DNA of 38,173 bases from a virus (taxonomy: Duplodnaviria > Caudoviricetes), in IMG/VR virus record IMGVR_UViG_3300020045_002114, positions 1-38,173 of that record, one strand, 5' to 3'. Shown here one piece after another: positions 6,949-14,491 of this stretch. The number at the start of each line of letters is the position of its first letter. Position 1 is the stretch's first letter. Made by a program: the position numbers and the translations under genes. Under the pieces are notes generated by a model. It saw only the letters and a list, made by a program, of their open reading frames with translations, was not told where the DNA came from and did no database searches.

Positions 6949-7027
6949 AAGGAAACGCAGGTTCGAAGCCTGCCGGGTGATCGGACTGCAAAGCCCTGAT
7001 CCCGTCGTCTAGCTGGTAGGACGCCTT
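6949..7027 (+). ncRNA. circularly permuted tRNA-like module 2 (T-arm, closed acceptor-like helix, D-arm); YrlA-like topology
   Basis: AAGG-AAAC-GCAGG[TTCGAAG]CCTGC-CGGGTGATCGGA[CTGCAAA]GCCCTGATCCCG-TC-GTCT[AGCTGGTA]GGAC-G-CCTT, followed by a T run. Confidence 0.8.
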
Positions 7028-7048
7028 TTTAATTTCGAGGAACGGACC

Positions 7049-7876
7049 ATGCTCCTAGATCGCGTAAATCACTCCAACTGGCCGAAGAGTTTTACAGACG
7101 CTTTCGGCCGTGGCCGCAACTACGCCCGCAGGTTCAGCATGTCCGGCATGGATGTCGATCATCTGACAAGGATGGCCGAGAAGTTGACGGATTTGATCGT
7201 AGAACAGGCGCAGTTCGCGAACCCGCCTTTCGAAACAACCTATCTGGAGATGGACATGAGCCAAGAGGCCGGGGAGGAACTTACATCCGGCATTCTGGTC
7301 CATGAGGGGATGTGTTTTTTCTTCGTCAACTCGCCGGAGCAAGGGCGTGTGATCGCGAGTAGATTTGTCGTGGATTTGAAGACCGGACAAGCCCACGATC
7401 TGGGCGTCAACAACGCCAGCCTCCGCCCCGTCGATATTAAAACACTCCGGGATTCCGCTGTTCAATCTTGGGCCATGATCCTGCTGTTCTTCATGCTGTT
7501 GAGCACCCCCCGGAGCCACACAATCACGGATCGCCCGGCGACGAGCAAGATCATCAAGGGCAAGCGCCGAGCCTACGCCGCGCACTCGGTGGTCACGATT
7601 GACCTAAGCGCCGATCTGGAGCGCCGGATTAAGAATGAAGCCCGCAGGGGGCCTGTCCGGGCGCATGAAGTTCGCGGCACTTGGGTAAACTACGCCAAGG
7701 TCAAGACCTGTCAGCACGACTGGGAGGCTATGGTGCCGGACTTCCCCGGAGACAACCGCGAGCGCTACATCTGCCGCTGCGGCCAGCGCCGGACATGGCG
7801 CAAATCCCATCAACGCGGTGACGCCAGCCTCGGCTACGTCACGCATGAGTATCTTGTAACAGGAGTCCCCGCATGA
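7049..7876 (+). CDS. hypothetical phage protein with C-terminal RxHxVRG / HxRG motifs (275 aa)
   Basis: GAGGA RBS; RAHEVRGTW, CxH...CxC and WRKSHQRGD motifs suggest nucleic-acid or metal binding. Confidence 0.7.
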   Translation: MLLDRVNHSNWPKSFTDAFGRGRNYARRFSMSGMDVDHLTRMAEKLTDLIVEQAQFANPPFETTYLEMDMSQEAGEELTSGILVHEGMCFFFVNSPEQGRVIASRFVVDLKTGQAHDLGVNNASLRPVDIKTLRDSAVQSWAMILLFFMLLSTPRSHTITDRPATSKIIKGKRRAYAAHSVVTIDLSADLERRIKNEARRGPVRAHEVRGTWVNYAKVKTCQHDWEAMVPDFPGDNRERYICRCGQRRTWRKSHQRGDASLGYVTHEYLVTGVPA

Positions 7877-8094
7877 ACATCGGCTACGAGATGCACAAGG
7901 CCATCCATGAGTTGGCCCGCCGCCCCCGGCAGAGTGTGGTCGATTTCTGCAAGGAAATGGACATGTCGTGGGACGAAGCTATCAACCTTGCGCAGCGGGG
8001 GATTTTCCTCATGGAGGAAGACCATGTGGCCGGTTGCGTTTGGGTATCGATCACCGGCACGGGCCTGACCTACGCCGCCAACAACCCGGAGTGA
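7873..8094 (+). CDS. small protein, possibly winged-helix (73 aa)
   Basis: AGGAG RBS, ATGA overlap; L..RG...SITGTG pattern. Confidence 0.6.
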   Translation: MNIGYEMHKAIHELARRPRQSVVDFCKEMDMSWDEAINLAQRGIFLMEEDHVAGCVWVSITGTGLTYAANNPE

Positions 8095-8097
8095 AAC

Positions 8098-8436
8098 ATG
8101 ACCCACCGCATCGCCCTTTGGAGCGAGTCCATCGCCGACGAACTTACCCGGCAGGCTGGCCAGCACACCGTGCGCTTCCCCTTCGCCACAGTCTCCTACT
8201 GGGAGAAAGGCTCGGCGGCTCTCGCCTTCGGGTTCTGGGACCGCGCCGTGATCACCTGTCGCTCCCAGTTCCCGCAATTCGAGATCGTGGTCAAGGACCC
8301 TGCGTCCACTCCCGATCTGGCCGCCCGGTCCCGCGAGTTGACCACGATCCTCGGGTTGCTACATGCAGCCTACGAGCAGGGCGGTTCCGACAGGAGCCGG
8401 GACTTCCGCCTGCTGCTCGACGCAGCCTCACGGTAA
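8098..8436 (+). CDS. hypothetical protein (112 aa)
   Basis: GGAG RBS; contiguous packing. Confidence 0.65.
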   Translation: MTHRIALWSESIADELTRQAGQHTVRFPFATVSYWEKGSAALAFGFWDRAVITCRSQFPQFEIVVKDPASTPDLAARSRELTTILGLLHAAYEQGGSDRSRDFRLLLDAASR

Positions 8437-8447
8437 CAGGAGTCCCC

Positions 8448-8696
8448 ATGGCCGATTTCTACGACTACACGGCAGGCAAGACCTTCAAGGTCCTATCCAC
8501 GGGCGTCAAGCCGCCGTCCTCCAACTACTCGATTGTCGAGTGCCCGCACTGCCAGTCCCGGTTCCGGGCGTACTGGTGGTCCATCGCAGGCGGCGGCAAG
8601 AAATGCGAGAACAAGGCGTGCGGCGCGATGCTGAACAGCGCCGGGCTCGCCTACCCGAAAATCGCCAAATCGAAACGGAAGAAGACCGAATCATGA
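8448..8696 (+). CDS. zinc-ribbon protein (82 aa)
   Basis: AGGAG RBS, ATG 8448; CPHC...CENKAC. Confidence 0.7.
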   Translation: MADFYDYTAGKTFKVLSTGVKPPSSNYSIVECPHCQSRFRAYWWSIAGGGKKCENKACGAMLNSAGLAYPKIAKSKRKKTES

Positions 8697-9172
8697 ACGA
8701 GACCTCCCAGCCCATCATCTTCCCTGTCTCGGCGATCCACTTCCCGAGCATCTACGTGCCCCGGAACTACGGGCCGGACCCCAAGGGACCAGAGTTCTAC
8801 GGGTTCTCGGTCGCGGCCGATGAAGTTCCCATGCCGCTCCTCGCACGCATGAAATCCCGGATGTGGATGGAGCGGGACATGCGAATTTGCAACTTCCGGG
8901 GCAGGCATGCGCCGCAGGTCATCGTCACCGGCACGACCGGCGGGATGGTCGATATGAAGCGCTACATGGACGCGGCCAACCTGCCCGATGATCTGATCTT
9001 CCGGGACATCCCGGCCGAGGTTTGCATCGTGGTATCCGAGTTCGAAGAGCACCGCGCCGGATGCTCCCCCAAGACCGCAGTAGTGTTCGCTCCTGTGGCG
9101 ATCCGGGTGAAATACGAAGACCTGATCAAGCAATACGACGCATTGTGCGCTCGTTATTTCACTGGAGCCTGA
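8693..9172 (+). CDS. hypothetical protein, weak resemblance to DUF2815/gp2.5-like SSB fold (159 aa)
   Basis: ATGA overlap at 8693; HFPSIYVPRNYG...FYGFSV N-terminus; no acidic tail, so function is uncertain. Confidence 0.5.
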   Translation: MNETSQPIIFPVSAIHFPSIYVPRNYGPDPKGPEFYGFSVAADEVPMPLLARMKSRMWMERDMRICNFRGRHAPQVIVTGTTGGMVDMKRYMDAANLPDDLIFRDIPAEVCIVVSEFEEHRAGCSPKTAVVFAPVAIRVKYEDLIKQYDALCARYFTGA

Positions 9173-9173
9173 A

Positions 9174-9443
9174 ATGCCGAAACTGACGCCCCGCCAGCGC
9201 GAGGTACTGTTGAACGTGAAGCAGTCTCGGAAGTGGTGGGCGCACCAGCACGTACCGGGGCACTACCGGATCACCAAGTTCCCCGACGCGGTGGCGCGGT
9301 CAGTGCTGGAGCGACTGATCGAGGGCGGCTATATTGACCGCAACCTCTTCCGCACACCGCTCCTGATCTTGACGACAGCCGGGCGCTTCTACGCAGACGA
9401 GACCCTGCGAGCGGCCGAAGAGAAGAAATCGAATCCCTCGTAG
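9174..9443 (+). CDS. putative winged-helix protein (89 aa)
   Basis: KLTPRQREVL...LERLIEGGYI...LTTAGR. Confidence 0.6.
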   Translation: MPKLTPRQREVLLNVKQSRKWWAHQHVPGHYRITKFPDAVARSVLERLIEGGYIDRNLFRTPLLILTTAGRFYADETLRAAEEKKSNPS

Positions 9444-9549
9444 AGGGGTCGGGTCGGGGGAACCCCCTGCGGTATGATCGACCAACCATGATCGACTTGC
9501 CCTAGCCGCAGCCCCCGACCTGCAACCATTGCACCAATAGGACCAGACC

Positions 9550-9951
9550 ATGACTGAACCCAAAGCCTACGCCAGCAACGAAGCCATGAAACGGGCCATC
9601 AAGAACCAAGGCTTGCTGACCCCCTACCGCGTTGATCAGGTGCAGCGCACCCTCAAGCACAAGACGCGGACCTGCTACATGCCGGTCTTCCAGTGCGAAC
9701 TCGCCGAGGACGTGACTGAACTCCAGCGCCGGGGCTTTGCGGCCGAGAAGGCACCGGGCAAGTACCTCGGAAAGGGGCGCATGACCTTCCCGAGCCTCGG
9801 CGATCTGCCGCCGCGTGAGTCGGTATGCTCGGTCTATATGGTTGACCATGATCAGATCGATGATCTCGCCATCCTGCGCACCGCGCCGTTCCCCGTCGGC
9901 GAGGATCGCGAGGGCCGGGGCAACATCATAATCGAAGGGAACCCCGAATGA
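9550..9951 (+). CDS. hypothetical protein (133 aa)
   Basis: AGGA RBS; GC3 bias. Confidence 0.65.
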   Translation: MTEPKAYASNEAMKRAIKNQGLLTPYRVDQVQRTLKHKTRTCYMPVFQCELAEDVTELQRRGFAAEKAPGKYLGKGRMTFPSLGDLPPRESVCSVYMVDHDQIDDLAILRTAPFPVGEDREGRGNIIIEGNPE

Positions 9952-9956
9952 GCAGC

Positions 9957-9986
9957 CTTGACTGCCAACAGATAGTTGGGCTATCT
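9957..9986 (+). promoter_or_regulatory. promoter with CCAAC-N5-GTTGG palindrome (copy 2)
   Basis: CTTGACTG-CCAAC-AGATA-GTTGG-GCTATCT. Confidence 0.75.
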
Positions 9987-10018
9987 AACAATCCCTGACA
10001 CGAAAAAGGACGAACCGA

Positions 10019-10570
10019 ATGGCACTCTCCCTGAAAGACCAATTCCAGATCAAGACGATCCCGGCCTACGCGGCGGCCGACGGCGCGAAGTTCCACGACC
10101 TCGCCGAGGCGCAGGCCCACACCCGTAAGCAGATGATCGCGGCCACAATCCGCGCCGCCTGCAAGGACAATTCCGAGTTCGCCCGGCTCGACAAGGACCT
10201 GCTGACCGACTTCCTGCTGCTGACCGGCAGGCACGTCGGTGCGGTCATGGCAGAGCCGCTGGCGGCACAGCCCGACATCTACGCGGCCGCTGCGCAGGAC
10301 GCCTTACGGAATGTTACCAGCGTCACCGTGACCGGAGAAATCTCGTCGGAACAGGCAGACCGTATGCGCCGGACGGCCATGGTCGGATCGTTCGGCGAGA
10401 AGGTCACCCCGGCCCCGGCCATCCGCCCGACAGAAGCCCCGGCCGCCGGGCTCCGGGACCGGATCAACGATGCAACTCGCGTCTCGCCGGACCCGCTGCG
10501 TGCAGCCATGGCGGCGGTTGACCTCGGCGAGATGGAGGCGGCCATCGCGAGGGATTTGGGGATCAAATGA
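10019..10570 (+). CDS. hypothetical protein (183 aa)
   Basis: AAAGGA RBS directly after promoter copy 2. Confidence 0.7.
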   Translation: MALSLKDQFQIKTIPAYAAADGAKFHDLAEAQAHTRKQMIAATIRAACKDNSEFARLDKDLLTDFLLLTGRHVGAVMAEPLAAQPDIYAAAAQDALRNVTSVTVTGEISSEQADRMRRTAMVGSFGEKVTPAPAIRPTEAPAAGLRDRINDATRVSPDPLRAAMAAVDLGEMEAAIARDLGIK

Positions 10571-10986
10571 TCTGGCTGATCGCAAAGCTCCGGCGGTTCT
10601 ATATCTGGCTGATCCACCAGTGGGTCGGCCAGCGGCCGATTACGATATTCATCCAGCCCCTCCACGGAGCGGAGCCCGAGGATGTCTTTGTAGGCCATCT
10701 TGAGAAGGTGCAGATCGTGCCGTTCAAGAACCGGGCATACTTCGAACTCACACTGGCGGGACCCCTCTCGCCGGAAGGTTACAAGACCATAGAGGTCATA
10801 GATTTCAAGGCGCTAAAATGGAACAGAACCAAGGGCAGGCTGGAAGCCCTCAAGTCGAAACAGCCGGTGGCGGTTTCCTCACCATCCGAACCTCCCAGAA
10901 CATCCGACCCGGAGTCCTTCTGGCGATCCACAACGGGGCCATCCTCTATGATGGGGAAGCGCACGCGGCACCGCCCGAAGTCATGA
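10567..10986 (+). CDS. hypothetical protein (139 aa)
   Basis: ATGA overlaps at both ends. Confidence 0.55.
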   Translation: MIWLIAKLRRFYIWLIHQWVGQRPITIFIQPLHGAEPEDVFVGHLEKVQIVPFKNRAYFELTLAGPLSPEGYKTIEVIDFKALKWNRTKGRLEALKSKQPVAVSSPSEPPRTSDPESFWRSTTGPSSMMGKRTRHRPKS

Positions 10987-11261
10987 ACCTGCCGGGCCTG
11001 CTGGCGATCATGCACCCACACGACAAGGCCCGTCTCGACGGCGCTCTGAACCGGGCGAACCGGCTCAAGCGCGAGCAGGACAAGCGAGACCTGCGGAAAG
11101 CAGAAATCTCCGGGCTGGAGGCCAGCACTGTCCTGATCAGCCCACTCCACGGCGCACCGTTCGCCCCGAGCGAGACCACGCACGTCGTGGGCAACGCCGA
11201 ACTGGACGCCGGGGTGCCCAACCACTTCGATCCGAACAAGCGGGGGTTCGACCCGCGATGA
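10983..11261 (+). CDS. hypothetical protein (92 aa; alternative start at 10818)
   Basis: ATGA overlap at 10983-10986 and at 11258-11261. Confidence 0.55.
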   Translation: MNLPGLLAIMHPHDKARLDGALNRANRLKREQDKRDLRKAEISGLEASTVLISPLHGAPFAPSETTHVVGNAELDAGVPNHFDPNKRGFDPR

Positions 11262-11545
11262 CCGAGGACGTGCGGACTGTCATCAACCGGCCAGACGGCC
11301 GCCCGGAAGCCTACGATTGCCTGCCAGCCGGTGTCGCGGTAGGCTGCATCGCCTGCCTCGGGACCTTGACCGAACATCTGGTCTACAAGACGGGCGAAGC
11401 CTTCATGGTGTCACCCATTGACGCAGCCGACGGAAACGCCCACTGGGCATGCCTCCGTCATCTGCCAGACAATGTGGTGATCTATGACCCCAAGAGCAAC
11501 ACATGCCGGTCCAAGGACGGGCAGAACGTCTGGAGAGAAGGATGA
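11258..11545 (+). CDS. Cys/His-containing hypothetical protein (95 aa)
   Basis: CIAC...CLRH; ATGA overlaps. Confidence 0.6.
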   Translation: MTEDVRTVINRPDGRPEAYDCLPAGVAVGCIACLGTLTEHLVYKTGEAFMVSPIDAADGNAHWACLRHLPDNVVIYDPKSNTCRSKDGQNVWREG

Positions 11546-11739
11546 AAGTAGCCCTCTACATCTCGGCAGGAGTATCGCCGAAGAACCTCGCCCATGAGGC
11601 GGAAATCGCACCGTTCGTCACCGGGGCTCCCGATGTCATCCTGTGGGGAATCCGCGTCTTCAAGCTGGCCTCGCCGATCCCGGCAAACCGGGACGACACC
11701 CACAACTACGTGGAAGTTTTCGCGTACGCGATCCCATAG
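11542..11739 (+). CDS. hypothetical protein (65 aa)
   Basis: ATGA overlap, GGAG RBS; MKVALYISAG... Confidence 0.55.
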   Translation: MKVALYISAGVSPKNLAHEAEIAPFVTGAPDVILWGIRVFKLASPIPANRDDTHNYVEVFAYAIP

Positions 11740-11747
11740 GAGCCACC

Positions 11748-12119
11748 ATGGCAGACGCGATCCAGAGACAGGTGAAGGCGCTCCTCTCGGCCAGCTTGGG
11801 CGAGGCAAAGGGGCAGGAGATGATGTGCGATGCTGCGACCTACAAGCAGGCCGTCGAACGTGCGGAAAAGCTCATTCTGGACCTGACAGCCGAGGAGGGC
11901 AGTCTGTCCTTCACCATCGGCGTGCTCTGCCTCGCGTCTCTCCGGGTGCAGGTCTGTTCGCAGGGCACTTGGGACATCGCCGACCTGTCGCATTGGCTGC
12001 ACTACATCTGCTCCAAGACCGATGAACTGGGGCGCAAGCCCGAGGTGCTGGTGCCGCTGATCAACGCGATCATTGAAGAGCACGACAAACCCAAACTACC
12101 GCCGGAGGTACGCCGATGA
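11748..12119 (+). CDS. hypothetical protein (123 aa)
   Basis: AGGAG RBS before ATG 11748 (MADAIQRQ...). Confidence 0.65.
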   Translation: MADAIQRQVKALLSASLGEAKGQEMMCDAATYKQAVERAEKLILDLTAEEGSLSFTIGVLCLASLRVQVCSQGTWDIADLSHWLHYICSKTDELGRKPEVLVPLINAIIEEHDKPKLPPEVRR

Positions 12120-12343
12120 CGAAACTGCGAATCCGCCCATTCCGCCACCCCCAAGACGCGACGATCATGCTCTGGGGCGTCCAGAAGGACAAGGGCCGCC
12201 AAGCCCCCATGCGCTTCATCTTCATAACCCCGAAGCTGCCCAACGCCATGCAGTGGGCGTCGAGCGTCGGGCAGCGCCGCAAGGGACCCGAGACATACGT
12301 CAAGCCGCGCCCTGTCCTGTCACAGTTCCGAGGAGTCCATTGA
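12116..12343 (+). CDS. small basic hypothetical protein (75 aa)
   Basis: GGAGG RBS, ATGA overlap. Confidence 0.55.
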   Translation: MTKLRIRPFRHPQDATIMLWGVQKDKGRQAPMRFIFITPKLPNAMQWASSVGQRRKGPETYVKPRPVLSQFRGVH

Positions 12344-12954
12344 TGGCGACCCACCACCAACTCAAGACATGGCCGATCTTCTGGGACGCCGTGAAGGACG
12401 GAAGCAAGCCGTTCGAAGTCCGCAAGAATGACCGGAACTATCAGGTCGGCGACGTGCTACACCTCTTCCGATGGGACCCGAACTTCCCGGAAGGGACGGA
12501 CATCAAGGCGCAGCCCCAGATCGTCGCCGAGGTGACCTACGTTCTCTTCGGGCAGTCCGCGTTCGGCATGGACCCGGAGTTCGTGGTCCTCGGGCTGCGC
12601 CTGCCGGAAATCCCCTTCCTCACGAAGGCCCAACTGGAACGGCTGGCGATCCTCGCCGAGGAGTCGGCCGAGGTCATTCAGGCCGCAATGAAGATCGTCC
12701 GGCACGGCTACGACAGCTACCACCCGCAGCACCCCGGACGCGGTAACAACCGCGACATGCTGACCGACGAGATGGGCCACGCAGCCTTCGCCACGGCCAT
12801 GGTGCATGAGGCTGGAGACGTGAACGTTGACAAGCTGATCTCGGCGATCAATCGCAAGGATCGGAGCATTAAACCCTACCTCCACTATCAAGGAAAAGGC
12901 CATGACGATACGGCTCACAAGACCCCAGATCGTGATGCTCCGAGCGGTTCGTGA
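12343..12954 (+). CDS. DUF3850/ASCH (PUA-like) domain fused to a MazG-like NTP pyrophosphatase domain
   Basis: HQLKTWPIFWDAVKDGSKPFEVRKNDRNYQVGD (DUF3850/ASCH pattern) then LAEESAEVIQAAMKIVRHG...LTDEMGH (MazG-like); AGGAG RBS. Confidence 0.75.
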   Translation: MATHHQLKTWPIFWDAVKDGSKPFEVRKNDRNYQVGDVLHLFRWDPNFPEGTDIKAQPQIVAEVTYVLFGQSAFGMDPEFVVLGLRLPEIPFLTKAQLERLAILAEESAEVIQAAMKIVRHGYDSYHPQHPGRGNNRDMLTDEMGHAAFATAMVHEAGDVNVDKLISAINRKDRSIKPYLHYQGKGHDDTAHKTPDRDAPSGS

Positions 12955-13123
12955 CGCCGGGCCGGGTGGTTACCGCCACAGCCTCCAGAGCGCCACCCTG
13001 CACGCCCTCAAGGTCCGAGGGTTCGTGATGACCACGACCACCTCGGCCAGCCAGTTCCCCACAGATATCCTGTGGGTGATAACCCCCGACGGCGCGGAAG
13101 AGATCGCGCTCTGGGACAGATAG
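12902..13123 (+). CDS. small winged-helix-like protein (73 aa)
   Basis: RLTRPQIVML...TLHALKVRGFV...ITPDG; AAGG RBS; overlaps the previous stop by about 50 bp. Confidence 0.55.
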   Translation: MTIRLTRPQIVMLRAVRDAGPGGYRHSLQSATLHALKVRGFVMTTTTSASQFPTDILWVITPDGAEEIALWDR

Positions 13124-13133
13124 GAAACCTGAC

Positions 13134-13724
13134 ATGCAACCATCCTACTATGCGACCCTGCGCGAGGCGAATGTCGAGCGGGCGAAAATCTGGGGCGCGG
13201 GCGGCAAGATCGACCTGTGCTGGCGGCTGAACGAGCTTGCCGGGGAGACCGGCGAGGTCTGCAACCTGCTCAAGAAATTCCAGCGTGAAGAGGTCGGCGA
13301 GCCCGGCTCCCGCGCTACCAATGCGCAGCTTGCCGAGGAACTGGCCGACGTGCTGATCTGCCTCGACCTCTACGCCATGGCGCTGGAGCAGGAGTTCGTG
13401 GACGAGATTATCCCGGACATGGAACTCGGCGCGACTCTGAACGGCCTGCTGCCGACCGACGACTACAACCGGATGGGCCTGCGCCTTTTCTGGCATATCG
13501 GATCGCTCGCCGACCTGTTCTTCGAACATACCGAGGAGGGGAATATCGAGGTCGAAGATTTCATCAACGACACCGAGACCTCGCTTGCCGCAGCCGCCAC
13601 GCTTGTCAGCGCCATCGCGGCCCGGCGGCTGATCGACCTGAATGCGGCCGTGGCCGAGAAGTTCAACAAGACCTCTACGGCTGTCGGCCTGCCGGTCTTC
13701 ATGGTGACCACGCGCAACGTATGA
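13134..13724 (+). CDS. MazG-like nucleotide pyrophosphohydrolase with internal degenerate duplication (196 aa)
   Basis: ELAGETGEVCNLLKK...LAEELADVLICLDL and C-terminal IDLNAAVAEKFNKTS. Confidence 0.8.
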   Translation: MQPSYYATLREANVERAKIWGAGGKIDLCWRLNELAGETGEVCNLLKKFQREEVGEPGSRATNAQLAEELADVLICLDLYAMALEQEFVDEIIPDMELGATLNGLLPTDDYNRMGLRLFWHIGSLADLFFEHTEEGNIEVEDFINDTETSLAAAATLVSAIAARRLIDLNAAVAEKFNKTSTAVGLPVFMVTTRNV

Positions 13725-13756
13725 ACCCCCGAGTACACGGCATAGGAGGCCGTTCA

Positions 13757-13858
13757 ATGAAGCCGACCTTACGCCCTGTCGAAAAGATTATATTGACGCT
13801 GGTGGTCCTCGCGTCCATCGGGATTTCGTTGGGGTTGATATTCCAAATCCTCTCTTGA
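13757..13858 (+). CDS. 33-aa single-pass membrane peptide
   Basis: AGGAGG RBS at 13744; MKPTLRPVEKIILTLVVLASIGISLGLIFQILS*. Confidence 0.55.
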   Translation: MKPTLRPVEKIILTLVVLASIGISLGLIFQILS

Positions 13859-13882
13859 CTGCCAACTAGGCGTTGGCTATGG
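13854..13882 (+). promoter_or_regulatory. promoter with CCAAC-N5-GTTGG palindrome (copy 3)
   Basis: CTTGAC-N17-CTATGG with CCAAC-TAGGC-GTTGG in the spacer. Confidence 0.75.
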
Positions 13883-13915
13883 TCCCGATCTCCTGACAGA
13901 GAAAAGGATCAGACG

Positions 13916-14491
13916 ATGGCAAGAGTTAAACAGGTGAAGGCCGCCAAGGACTACCCGAAGTTCGGGATCAAGAAAGGCGACCTTCACTACTACACCAAGA
14001 TCAAGACAGGCCCCCGCAGCAGCCGGGAAATCCGGCAGATCGAACCGATCAAGCCGCAGCAGTTGACCTCCAGCGCATTCAAGTCCGCGCTGCTCGACTG
14101 GGAAGAAACCAAGGGCTCCGTAAGCTCCCCGGAAGATGTCTCCGGTCTCGCCAGCACGATCCGCGAAATGGGCGAAGAAGAGCAGAGCAAGCTCGACAAC
14201 ATGCCCGAGGGCCTGCAACAGGGCAACACGGGCGAACTCCTCCGGGAACGCGCCGAAGCCTGCGAAACGGCCGCCGACGAATTGGACACCATTGCCAGCG
14301 AATGGGAAGACGCCCTGAACGAGCACACCGAGGCGACGGAGAAATACGAAGCCTATCAGGACTACCTGCGCCGCAAGGATGAAGGCGACCTTTCCGAGGA
14401 CGAAGAAGAGCCGGAGGAGTGCGAGGAGCCCGAAGAGTTCGACCAGAGCGAGTACGAAGACCGGGTGTCCGATGTCGAAGTTTCAGCCTAG
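13916..14491 (+). CDS. hypothetical protein with basic N-terminus and very acidic C-terminus (191 aa)
   Basis: AAAGGA RBS; EEEQSKLDNMPEGLQQG motif; E/D-rich tail. Confidence 0.75.
   Translation: MARVKQVKAAKDYPKFGIKKGDLHYYTKIKTGPRSSREIRQIEPIKPQQLTSSAFKSALLDWEETKGSVSSPEDVSGLASTIREMGEEEQSKLDNMPEGLQQGNTGELLRERAEACETAADELDTIASEWEDALNEHTEATEKYEAYQDYLRRKDEGDLSEDEEEPEECEEPEEFDQSEYEDRVSDVEVSA

Noticed and set aside
6916-6980. Canonical tRNA read across the two modules (D-arm of module 1 plus T-arm of module 2, apparent GAC anticodon)
   Set aside because: The anticodon arm would be only 11 nt with 2 bp, the acceptor strands do not pair and there is no CCA; the permuted reading gives clean covarying stems
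12073-12342. N-terminal extension of the ASCH-MazG ORF to 12073
   Set aside because: It overlaps the 12116-12343 gene; the AGGAG RBS and domain start support ATG 12343
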